Positions 37,946-49,095 of a DNA stretch of 64,000 nucleotides are shown here, piece by piece. The notes beneath the pieces were generated by a model. The model did not search any database, was not told where the DNA came from, and worked only from the letters and a program-made list of their open reading frames with translations. Source of the DNA: Utricularia gibba (lineage: Eukaryota > Plantae > Magnoliophyta); NCBI GenBank assembly GCA_002189035.1, contig NEEC01000002.1, positions 4,650,001 through 4,714,000 of the forward strand, given 5' to 3'. A program made the translations under genes and the position numbers. How positions within the stretch are numbered: position 1 is the stretch's first letter; each line of letters begins with the position of its first letter.

Positions 37946-39867
37946 ATATGTCACAAAATATCTATCAAAAGATTTAGATCTTGAGATCTGCTCCAAGGTC
38001 TTCGTGCTCTACGAGACTAATCCACAAGTAGGCGTTTTTCTCTACTACCACCTGAGAAATTCGACCAACATTCAAGAGCCTTGAGAAGGTTATCGACGGA
38101 GTGCTCCACGTGTGGATACCATAGAGGCCGTCTGCTATTGGCGGTTGGTGAACAACGGAGTCATCTAAAAGGTACTTTGAACATCCATATGTCTGATGTA
38201 TACCGTATTCCAATATCTGCGTTGGGGGTTTCTCAAAATTTTTAAAATTCCGCTGCTTTTGAAACATACGATGTCTACGAGAAACCCAACATTTTGTATA
38301 TCTCAAGGTTACTCCAATGAAAGATGTATCCCGGATCAAAAGACCAAATAAACTTGCTCCGACATATATTGGTCCATACCAAATTGAGAAAAAAATTGGA
38401 TCAGTGGCATATATGCTAAGGTTACCTGAAGAGTGTGCCTGAATACACAACATTTTCCATGTTTCTCCACTACAAAAATGTTTGGATACCGACCAACATA
38501 AGGTGATTTCTGAATATATTGTTGTTGATGATCAACTATCCTACATAGAAGCACCAATCAAGATACTTGATAGACAAGAAAGGAAATTGAGAACTAAGGT
38601 GATTCCTATGGTGAAGGTTCAATGGTCGAATCATAGTACATGAGAGGCTACCTGGGAGGTTGAATCTCAGATACTCGTGGAAATTCTGCAGTTGGTATAG
38701 ATAACTTTAATCGAGTTTCGAGACGAAACTCAAAATAAGGTGAGGTGATTGGGGATTCAAGCTTTAAAGATTTTGCTCTTTAGTTTTAACTTGTTCTACT
38801 TCATACTAGCCTAACTAATCAAACATATCCAAGTGACCACCATTGCGTGTGTTCCACGTGCCATCTTGCATGTGCACCACATGTCCTCTTGCATGTGCAC
38901 CACGTGTCCTCTTGCATGTGCGCCACTTGTACGGCATGCATGTGTGCCACATGTAGTTATTTTTGAGTTTTACAAAGGCGAGGAGGAGAGGTTGGAAGTA
39001 AAGGTTATAGTACCTTTAGTGAACGAAGCTTTAGATTTGGTTTAAAGTCTAAGGTATTAAGATAAGTGTCATGATTTCTTTTGAAGCTTACTTATCTTTG
39101 AAATTGATTCATGAAAAGTTATGTGCCTATGTGATGTTGGTGTTTAATTTCCATTACTTTGGATGTGATTATATCTATGCTCAAAACTCTTTTATGTTGC
39201 ATGAAAGTTCTAATAGGGAGTAGGTTATTTTGTGTTATTTAAAAAAAAAGCTATATTTGCGTCCCAAAAGTATGATTCTTTTCACTGATAGCCACCCCTA
39301 TTATTATTATTATTATTAAGATGATATTGCAATATGTATTTCTATGTACTATGTGATAAACAAGCTAGGAAAGAATTAGGCATCATATATAAGTGGAAGG
39401 ATAAAAAAGTATGAAAGTTATGCAAGATATGATATGATATGTTATGCATGGCTTGAGTTTGTGGTTCTATAGTCGAAGGTGGCTCTCTTGAGTGCGGAAC
39501 CATGGACAAGGGTACCTTATGTCTCACCTATCATGAACTGATGGCAAGGCCATGACAAGATTGACATGAAAAGTGAGAAAAAATAGCAATGAGGACTTAC
39601 ATTGTGTTTCAAGTTTCTTTTATAAACTCTTTATATTATTTCTTGATTTGACTTGTTTTAAAACTCAAAAGCATGACCACTTTTTTATTTATTTTAGGGG
39701 ATAAAGGGAGCTAGTAGAGCTCTAGTGATCAACCATGCTTACATATGTAATTACCCAATTTAATATTATTGGATCTTGTTATGAAAGACACCGTGAGTTC
39801 TAATGTTTTAGCTAGGACTGGGTGGGCTCGACTCATCTTTACTGGGCCCTAACAATGGGTTGTGACA
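36716..39867 (+). mobile_element. Tekay-like chromovirus 3' end (integrase tail, chromodomain, 3' LTR)
   Basis: VQKNLRIAQNRMKEWVDMHRRPLEFIVEDFV|YLKVTPMK...IGPYQI...HNIFHVS and RKLRTKVIPMVKVQWSNHS.EATWEVE. GAGTTTCGAGACGAAAC at ~38713; the LTR ends GGGTTGTGACA at 39867. Confidence 0.7.
36842..38291 (+). mobile_element. Angela-like copia solo LTR (1450 bp), TSD CTTTG/TTTTG
   Basis: Termini TGTTAGTG...CCCAACA with TTCCGCTGC near the 3' end; flanks 36837-41 and 38292-96 match 4/5. It splits the Tekay EDFV|YLKV peptide. Confidence 0.8.
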
Positions 39868-39899
39868 CTAGGTTATGCATAGAGGGCATACGAACTTAC

Positions 39900-40680
39900 A
39901 TGAACCAACCAAGGTGCTTGGCAACATAACATCCTTGTCATTTTGCGGTTAATGAAGTTGGTTTGAATCGAGAAGAAGAGATGGCCCAGGGATTTGGATG
40001 TGCACCCCGTTTGACAATCGACATCTGAGCTAGCATACAAATGCGCTTGCCACCATGCTTGTCAATGGCATGGGTGTGTACCCTTGCTCGTGCTGCTGAT
40101 TTCGCATGCTATTGATGTGCTTGTAGTTGTATTATTTCCTTGGAAAGAGTTGTGAGCATGTGTCGGGCATGAATCCTATTTGGAATTGAAGGAGAACAAA
40201 AGTGAATCTTATTACGACTACCATATGGCAAACATTGATAGGTTTGTCATAAACCACAAGAAACATTGCTTTCTGGAGATGATACTCCTCGTTAGAAACC
40301 GACCAATCATTCTTTTTGTGAAAACTACGACACAAAACCTATTATGGTCTGCGATATCCATTGCTGGAGTTTAGCCTAATACCCCTCTAATGATGCGAGC
40401 AACTCGGCCACCTGCTTCTTCATGATGTTGTAGGAGTATTCCTGATCAATAAGAATCCTTCTCACTTTTGTACTCCCGCATATCCTAGCCACTACCAAGG
40501 GTTCATTTCAAGTCATGGGGCCGACTGGGATATCTCTATCACCGTAAACAATCTATTTCCTTTCCCAAGCATCAGGTCGATTTTTTCCGATTTCGAAAAC
40601 TTCTCCCTCCCATACTTCATCGAGATACCTCTTCTTTGCCTTTCCGGATTCATCAATTTCGGTGCCCCCGACATCACATG
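39900..40680 (-). mobile_element. Tat-like gag/protease relic (probably the same element as 35450-36345)
   Basis: Minus-strand EPLVVARICGSTKVRRILIDQEYSYNIM (~40400-40500) resembles the Tat protease PLVV...RILID.GSS motif. Confidence 0.5.
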
Positions 40681-41344
40681 TATTTTGCGAATATAGGGGG
40701 GACTTTCTTATACGTGGTTAGTATCCCTTGAACTTTTCATGTGTGTGAGATAAGTGGTGTGTTTTTATTGACCATCTTTAAAAATATAATATATATTGAT
40801 ATGTATGTATACAATTTTTTATTTTTTATAAAATAATATACATATATATGTACAATTATAGTTAAACTTATTATAGTTAAAATAATTACATAATAATATA
40901 AATTCAGTTTATTAATAATATCTAAATTTTATACAATACAATTCTTTCAAAATTTTCTATATTATTAAAAATATTTAATATCAAAAAAATTTTATATTAT
41001 ATTTGTAAAAAATTAGGAAGCCATATTTTAAATTATTTAATGTATATATTACAAAAATTAAAACTAAAATAAATCATGTTTTTCAAAAAACTTTATTTTT
41101 AAACAAATTAATATAAATTTGTTTAAAAAAATAATCTTTTAAAAATGAATTAAAATATCACAGATAATGATTTTTCCAATTTTATATTCCTATATTCCAT
41201 TTGAAAAAACTTTTTAAAAGGTAATGATTAATATGAAGTTATTTGACCTATGTTTTTTATTTAAATTATTTATTATTTTTAAAAAGTGAAAACGATTATT
41301 TTTTTAATAAAATACATTGTATAAATTATATGTGAATTTTTATT

Positions 41345-41535
41345 ATTTTAAATCAGTGCATAAATCAGGTCTAACGCTGGGAAAACACTGCAGTCAAATA
41401 AATTATTATAAATTTTTTTAATTTATACATTGTATAAATTATTATTTTAATGATTACCTGCCGAGACCTATCACCAACCTCCTTTGCTGCGGCCTTGTAA
41501 AGCCTGTTCACATGCATCGGATGGTTTTTCTTTCT
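41345..41535 (-). pseudogene. Second short copy of the SPT5L-like 3' end and 3' UTR
   Basis: Direct repeat of 45926-45943 joined to 51419-51560; encodes KPSDACEQALQGRSKGGW* on the minus strand. Confidence 0.7.
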
Positions 41536-42042
41536 TGCCAGAAAATCCACCTAGTTGTCCATACTTATGGAATATGAACATTATTCTAAAATAAAAAAAA
41601 TACTTTTCTATACTTTTTTAAAAATCCTAATTGTCGATAATCAGAGTAATTATAGAAAAGAATTACATTCTACATTTAGGTAATATTTGGTATTATTTCA
41701 CTTATTTCCAAAAAAATATCTGTTTTGAAGCTGTACACTATCTATTAGAGTGTGTTAAAAATGGGTTCAATCTATGCTTCGATTTATTTTTTATTTTGGT
41801 TAAAAATTTTTTTATAACGAATGGAATTCAATGTGAATTTATTATTTTTAAATAAAAATAATATTTATAAGATGTTTTTTCAATTTTAAAAAAATCGTGG
41901 AATTGAGTTATACATGATTTTGAAAAGCTGGCAATCACTTTATGAAGTTGGAGCGATTTAGGTATGCTCCACACAGTCACTTTCTGGAAAATGACTTGTG
42001 TAATACTTTTTGTTATTCCCTCACATTCATGCATTCGTCAAG

Positions 42043-44042
42043 TCACTGCCTGGCGGCGGCGGCGGCGGCACTCTTCATGACAGCTTCCTTCATGATTTGA
42101 AGCGAGTTCTGGAAATCGTCACAGACCTGATGGGGATCAGTTATCACCCGATTGTCGACCGCCATGAACACCGCCAACTTTTTCCCATAGGTTTGGAAGT
42201 GGATCACCAAGGGCTGAATACAAGTAACGTTCCATCTTTCCGAATCACAACAGTACACCTATTTCGTCCTTCATACCAGAAATTGGATGCTTACCCAGGG
42301 AGCTCCACTGACGGCTGCGGCGAGGTAAGTGAGGGGATGCCCCAAGAAGTTGATCTCCTCCGCAGGTCCAGGGATGTTAGAGACGGCAAGTGTTAAGTGT
42401 GCAGATAAGTTACCGATGAAACGAGTTACGACCTGGGAATTCGTTCCAGTTAAACTATAAAAAGACTAGGAGGAAGTTTGTCTTTCTGTGTTTGAAATTG
42501 AGAAAGGAAAATGAGAAGATATGAATGAAAGCGTACGTACATCCCGTCCCAGAAAGAGGTAGAGGAAGGGCTGCATAGCGTAGTACTGGATTCGGGGTAG
42601 CCATGACAGCTTCTTTCGATCCATGACCGCCTTAGAATCACGTACGTGAGCCAAGGGGTCCTCTTCGGTGCTCAGTTTCATGGGAACTATCATGAAGCTG
42701 ATCAAGTTCCCCCACATCTTCAGTTCCCGCATCTTCCTTCCATCTCGTATCGTCTCGAGTGTTTCACACTGAAGAACCAACCAGAAAGTTTTTAAAGGAA
42801 ATGGGATGGGAATGCACAAGAAAATCTTTCAAGTTGCTTACTTCGACCATAGCAGTTGGGCGTAGATTGAATGGTAAGAGTGCCCTTATACGGGGTTTCT
42901 TGAGGTGATTGTTGATCTTCTGCTTGGCCTCTGCGCCATTTCCTTCCTTCTCTGATACAATGCGGAGTTTCAGAATGATCTTTTTGTTGAAGGGGAGGAG
43001 CAGAAATTCACTTTACCATATCTGATTCTCTCAAGATAACCAGCGATGGCCGCCTGAGTCATCCCCAAGAAGACGTCGTTGGCCGTCTGCCAAAAGAATC
43101 CAAATTACAGATTCTCATTTCAGTAAAAAGGGTACAGGAGTAGAACAGAAAAAATTACCGCTTTTAATGAATTCTTGATAAGCTTAACATCCTCGAAACT
43201 GCGAACGCGGTGGACATATCTCATGTGAGAAGCGGGGTTCTCCATCTTGACCCAGGGCTGGTCCGGATCCGGGTTGATCGGATTCGGAGAGTCTTTCAAG
43301 AAGAGAACAGTAGCGATGTACTCCACAATGTCCATGACAGTGTAGTAAACAATCTGGAGCATTCTCCAAAACATCAGGGCCGCAGACAGGACACGCCCGT
43401 TACTGTTACCTTTCCGACGTTGACGTCGAACCGGAGTCCGAAGAACCGGCAACGCTTCGGGATCGGAGATTTTCCTTGCACAGGCGGAAATGATCGACAT
43501 GAGCGATGCGCCGTCGCCCACGGCGTGATGGAGCTTGAGCACCGCGGTGGAGGTGGCGTTGGTGGTCTTCACGTTGAGTATATGGAGCTCCCACAAGGGC
43601 TTGGAGCAGTCCATCGAAACATCCGCAATGGCCGATATGAAGTCCTCCACCAACTTATCCCCATCTCCGGTTACTTGGTCTATATCTGGCACCAGAACGT
43701 GCTCGTCGATGCTGGGTGTTGTCCGTTTCCACGACATTTTCAGACGCTTTTTATCCTCCATAACCTGGGAAACAGAGAATATCAGACACCACCCTCCTCC
43801 TCAAAATGATCCAAGAAGCAACGCCTGCCGGCTCACTCGCCACTCACCAGGATGCTGGAGAAGGGAGGATGCCTGATCAGTGTTTCTGACGCCAGATGCT
43901 TCACGAGCGCCACCTCCAGTGGCGTATCGAACCCCATGACTAAGACCACACACAGGTTGAAGTTGTACGTATGCATCATTCTGGCGTAGGGGTCGGTGCT
44001 CACCATTTCTTCATCACCCTTCCCCGTCATTCTCTCAGACAT
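42043..44042 (-). CDS. WSD1: Wax ester synthase/diacylglycerol acyltransferase (WSD1-type), 7 exons, ~505 aa
   Basis: Exons 44042-43848, 43764-43159, 43086-43017, 42951-42842, 42768-42541, 42432-42295, 42213-42043 total 1518 nt in frame with GT-AG introns. SKPLWELHILN, catalytic HHAVGDG, TANDVFLG, WGNLI, SNIPGP, IHFQTY. TATA-like TATAAAG at 44077-44071. Confidence 0.92.
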
Positions 44043-44280
44043 ATATCATCACCGTCTCCCCATCTTCTCGCTTTATAGGCGAGGGGCTTCAACTCAAAAA
44101 ATCAACCAACAACTTTTCATTGAAAATAAATGGCATAAAATAATTCTTAATATTCAAAATTTTGAAAAAAAAAACTCATTAAAAGTTCAAAAAATCTAAA
44201 TAGAAGTTCATGATTATGACGGATATCAGTTAAATATCTCCATCATCTGCCTGTTGGTGGAATACTCCTATGCAAAAAGT

Positions 44281-45038
44281 AGGTTTGAAGAAGAATACCT
44301 CTAATGTTAAAAGTATTAGTTAAATACCCTTTTTTATTTTAATATTTAATTATTTTATTATATATAGATTTAAAGAAATGAATATAAATTGTATATAAAA
44401 TATTTTTTATATATTAAAAATAATTATTGCATAATTATTTACAAAATATAAATATCTAATACTAAAAATTTAGTATATTGCATAATCACTTATTATGTAT
44501 ATTTTAATGTTATTAAAGTAATAAAATCCTATTATTAATATTTATTAATTTTGTTTCAAAAACTTTTTAAATATATAATTAATGTGTATCCGCATCCAAT
44601 ATGTAACACATAAGTTAACAATCTTGTTAGTTGAATATTTTTTATATATTATTATAATTTATATCTTTTAATATAGTCCAATATTTCTAAAATTATTAAA
44701 TATTATATATTACTTTAAAAATGTATGTGATTATTTAATTTAGTAAATTATCAAACTAAAATAAAATTATTTTTAATCAGTTATTAAAAAATATTTTGGT
44801 GATTGTAGGAGACAAACTAATTTGGAAATATAATAAAATTGAATCAAGTATTATTTAAAAAAATATGTATATAAATGTATTTTGATAAAATATATTTAAT
44901 TATTTTTAGTTTAAAAAATATATAATCATTTTTTTATTAATTTTTCTCACTTAAACAAGGGCAATCAACCAATGTACAAATAAAAAAAGAGGTATTTGGC
45001 AAATCACTTTTTCTGAGAGGGTACTTTGCTAAAAACCC
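44281..45038. mobile_element. Possible non-autonomous MULE-like AT-rich element
   Basis: Imperfect ~60-bp terminal inverted repeats (AGGTTTGAAGAAGAATACCTCT...AAAAGT...AAATACCC vs GGTATTT...ACTTTT...GAGAGGGTACTTTGCTAAAAACCC). No 9-bp TSD found. Confidence 0.3.
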
Positions 45039-46356
45039 GCCTCCTTCCTCTCTAAATTTATTGGGCTGTCCGGAATGAATGTGATGAGAGCAACTGACGT
45101 CATGTCAGGTACCCACTTACCATTCCAGTAGATGTCCTGATTGAAACCAGAAAACTATTCCTTACTAGGTATGTTCATGTGCACGGTTCGTTCAGCTACT
45201 AATAACAACCGAAACCTATGTTTTTAAAGCAGTATTACAAACCCAACCGATATGGGTTCGGTATGCTTGAATTTCAAGTGTAACATAATCCCTGTGGTGG
45301 CATGGTAATGCCATATCAATCATGAGATCTTGCTAAAAAACAATGTCGGAGCGGAGCAATGTGAACTGGCACAGATGAGAACACATGATTCGGGAAGTAG
45401 GGAGCATAAGAGGTAAGAGGGTGGGGTCAGGGGTCAGGTATGCTGTTTCCTGCCCTTTCCACTTGCACAAAGGGGTGTTAAGGACTCGACTGAACTTGGC
45501 AAAATAAGTTTGTGAACCAGTTGCAGCAGCATGGTGATTGGTGAGTGAGTTTCAGGGTACCCACGGGCACGGCATCCAACTCGCCCGAGCATCTGCATGG
45601 AGGGAATCAATTGGAAAGTTGTAGGTGAGCATCGCCTTGCAGTTTCAGAGGGGAGAACTGTGATTTGAAAGTGGAGACAAGCATCAACGTGACAATTTAT
45701 TGTGGTGGCAGACGAGATGGAAGTAGTTGCACTGATATGCATTACAAGGTACGCCTAGTCAAAGCATGAGGTTGATTCCAGCTAGTCACACAATAAAGTC
45801 TCCTTCAGCATGCACAAACACAGGCAGATTTTATGATGGTGTACAAGTTCAAATTCTTACTGCGCTTTCGAAGAGAAAGTAAACAGTCCCTCTTTGTTTA
45901 CACAAGCAAAACATCTAGAATCCGATTTTAAATCAGTGTATAATGTTGACGGTTGAAGGTGAACAAGAGTAAAGACAACATCATTCGGTAAGCAACACAG
46001 GAGGGTCGAGTTTGGAGATGTTGAGAACGACAGAAGAAAGAGAAAGAAGAAGATGCTACATGGACCGTAATGCTATGAAATGGGCCGCTGAAAGTACTTC
46101 AACTAGCAAGACGTATTTGGAACCATTCAAGGCCCAACGAGAGAGTGTCATGGCTACTGAACTGGAGGATCAGCAACGGCTACCTCCCACGGCATAGGCT
46201 ACCGTTATAGACAAACTTGTATATAAATATCTATGTTCATTTCCAAAAATGTAAGCCAAGCTTTCCATATCAAAGCCTGTGTCCAGAACAACATATGCTT
46301 CACTCTACTACATTTGCTCTCCTCCGTTAAAGCACATACCTCAGTTATTGCTATCA

Positions 46357-46374
46357 TGGTGAACCCAACGTGAA
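46357..46374 (+). promoter_or_regulatory. Primer-binding site complementary to tRNA-Trp
   Basis: TGGTGAACCCAACGTGAA starts directly after the LTR. It matches the complement of the plant cytosolic tRNA-Trp 3' end as I recall it (TGGTGAACCCGACGTGAA) at 17/18. Confidence 0.7.
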
Positions 46375-48499
46375 GAAAGCAGCACAACACCGACAACCTT
46401 CAAAAACTGGTTTGAAACTCCAAACTCCACACTTGTTATTGCAAGGTTCTATCTTCTGCACCCCTGCAAGCATCAAATTCACCATGTCTATAAAAAATAT
46501 ATCACCGCCAACTTTTGATGGCAAGGAATATGATATCTGGGCTCCAAAAATGGAAATATATCTCCAACTACACGGCCTCTGGAAGATTATTGCTACTGAT
46601 CCCATCTTTGAGGGAACGTCTGATGAGAAATCTGCTACAGAAAAACCCTATAGAGAAAAAGAAATTCAGGCCTTAGCAGTATTAGCCTCAGCCGTGGTTG
46701 GAGATGCTTACCGCTGCATCACTAGGAAATCTCCTCGAGAAGCTTGGCTTACTTTGCAAAAAACCTTTGAGGAAACCAAGGAAGACAAGCAAAGGGAGAT
46801 CCAAAGATTGTGGAATGAAGTCTACAACTACAAGATAAAGGATGGAGAAGTTGCTATCAGCTCTAAACAATTGTTGCAGAACTTGGAAAAACTGAAGAGG
46901 CTCGGTGAAGAAGTTGATGATCGGGAGGAACAAAAGCTCAAAGCTCGTGTCATTCATGGAGCACCATCTGAATTTGATGCGGTTATAGAATTGCTGGAAG
47001 CTACCGGATTTCTCGAGACCCTGAGCCTGCATCAACTTCTCAACCACCTCAGGAATGTAGACAGCAGACGAAAATCTCGCAATGAAGAAAAATCACTCAA
47101 AGCTGCATTCAAAGCTTCATTCTCTCTAACTGGATCAAAAGGAGAAAGTACAAATTCACCATATGTTGCTCCCAACTTGCGACCACAGAAAAAAGAAAAA
47201 AAGGGACCTCATCCTCCCTGTCCATATTGTGCCAAGAAAAATCATTTACTTATGAGCTGCTTCTGGCATCCAGATGCCTTCTGCACGAACTGTTCCAACA
47301 AGGGGCATGTGGAGCGTGTGTGTCCCTCCAAACGGTCACAAAATTCTGGATAATCAGCTGCTGTACCTACTGAAAATTCGAAAAACTCAACAAACCATGT
47401 ACCTTCTGATGATATGAATATGAAACTGAAGTCTTCAGCTAACTCTTTATGCAGCAACACTATAATCACAGATTTCTTAGACCTTCGGCACAACTCCACG
47501 TGGTTTGTAGACAGCGCCTGCAGTAATCATCTGACCAATGACAAAAATATGTTCACCACTTATTCCACTGTATCAAGAAAATCACTTACCATAGCTGACG
47601 GCTCTCCTATTGTGGTAGAAGGCGTGGGATCCATCTGTCTAGAGATAGATCAAAATTTGATTAAGATTGCCGATGCATTCTATGTCCCTCAAGCATCACA
47701 CAATCTATTGAGCGCAAGACAGTTAATAGAAAATGGATATCAATTCATTCTCAGAAATAATACATGCCTGCTCAAAGATGCTTCACAGAATGTGGCACTT
47801 AGAGTACCAATGGTAAACCGTTTGTTTCCTATTCAATGTAAATCCACTAACAACAATGTAAGTTTTGCAGCTATTGATACATCATATTTATGGCACAAGA
47901 GACTTGGACACCGTCATTTTGAGGTCATGCACTCAGCTCAAGTTCAAGAAAATGTACAAGGAATTCCCAAAATAAAAGATTGGAAACATTCGTGTAGTAC
48001 TTGCCTTCTTGGCAAGATGAACCGGAATTCCTTCAAGCGAAGAACTGCGATCTCAGACTCTAAATTGAAATTGGTGGTTAGTGACGTCTGTGGCCCTATG
48101 CATGTAGATACCCTGGGGGGAAAGAAATTTTATGTCATTTTTATAGACGACTACTCACGGTACACTTGGGTTTACTTCCTCAAATACAAGTTAGAGGTCA
48201 CTAAATATTTCAAAATGTTCAAAGCCATGGCTGAACTGCAAAGCAAGTGCAAAATTCTTACTCTTCTCACCGATAATGGTGGTGAATATAAGTCGGCTGA
48301 AATCCGTGATGTCTGCAGTGCTAGCGGGATTATACACCAATTCGCGATGCCATATACCCCTCAACAAAACAGCATCCGCGAAAGGAAAAATCACACAATA
48401 ATCAATATGACCAGATGCCTTCTAATGCAACATAATCTACCACTGCATTTCTAGGGGAAGTTGTAAACATAACAATATTTTTATTAAACCGTCTACCCA

Positions 48500-49095
48500 T
48501 GATGACACACATTTTTCATGAAATTTATAATGCAAAATAGTTATATTTTATTATGGTTTAGGTTAGATAAATATGGTTTTTCATGTTTTAGTGGTGTTTA
48601 TGTTAATCTCATGTGATTATGTGAAAAGTGGACTAAATCAAGCCACAACTCTTGTTACGGATGTTTCAGTAAGTTCAACAGGGAGATGAGCCGAAAATCA
48701 GACTTGCAAACGTGTAAAACAAGCAAAAAAATGCACAAAATCTGGTAAAGTACAAAGAGCATTGTTCTACTACCACCGCAGCCTGCAAGTTTAGGGCTGC
48801 GGAGCAGTACTGGCGATCAGGAAATTAATTCAGATAAAGGAAATTAATTCGGATAAAGGAAATCTGGTAGTAGAGCATTGTTCTACTACCAGTACTGATC
48901 GCCAGGAGCAGTACTGGCGATCAGGAACAGTACTGGTAGTCAGAAACAGTGCAATGGAGTGAAGCAAAAGAAAAGGAAATTAATTCGGATAAAAGGGGAG
49001 AGCGCGAAGAACACAGCGAGGAGGACGCAAAGGGGTCTTCTTCCCCAACGAGAGAAACACCAACCAGAGGGGGGAAGGGAGGCCTTCATCACCAA
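48500..49095 (+). mobile_element. 5' fragment of a family 'A' Athila LTR replacing the 3' half of the copia integrase
   Basis: Starts TGATGACACACATTTTTC and is colinear with 8407-~8895. The copia integrase breaks at LNRLP and resumes only in the INT-RT spacer. Confidence 0.8.

Noticed and set aside
39299-39318. Short microsatellites: (TAT)n here, also (ATCC)4 at ~31342
   Set aside because: Ordinary simple repeats of no evident significance.
43210-43876. Plus-strand ORFs of 199 and 113 aa
   Set aside because: Antisense shadows of GC-rich WSD1 exon 2, with no independent motifs.
47351-47353. In-frame TAA between copia gag and protease as a programmed read-through signal
   Set aside because: A single CAA>TAA transition explains it, and the element has many other stops and frameshifts. 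Conservation across family copies would be needed.
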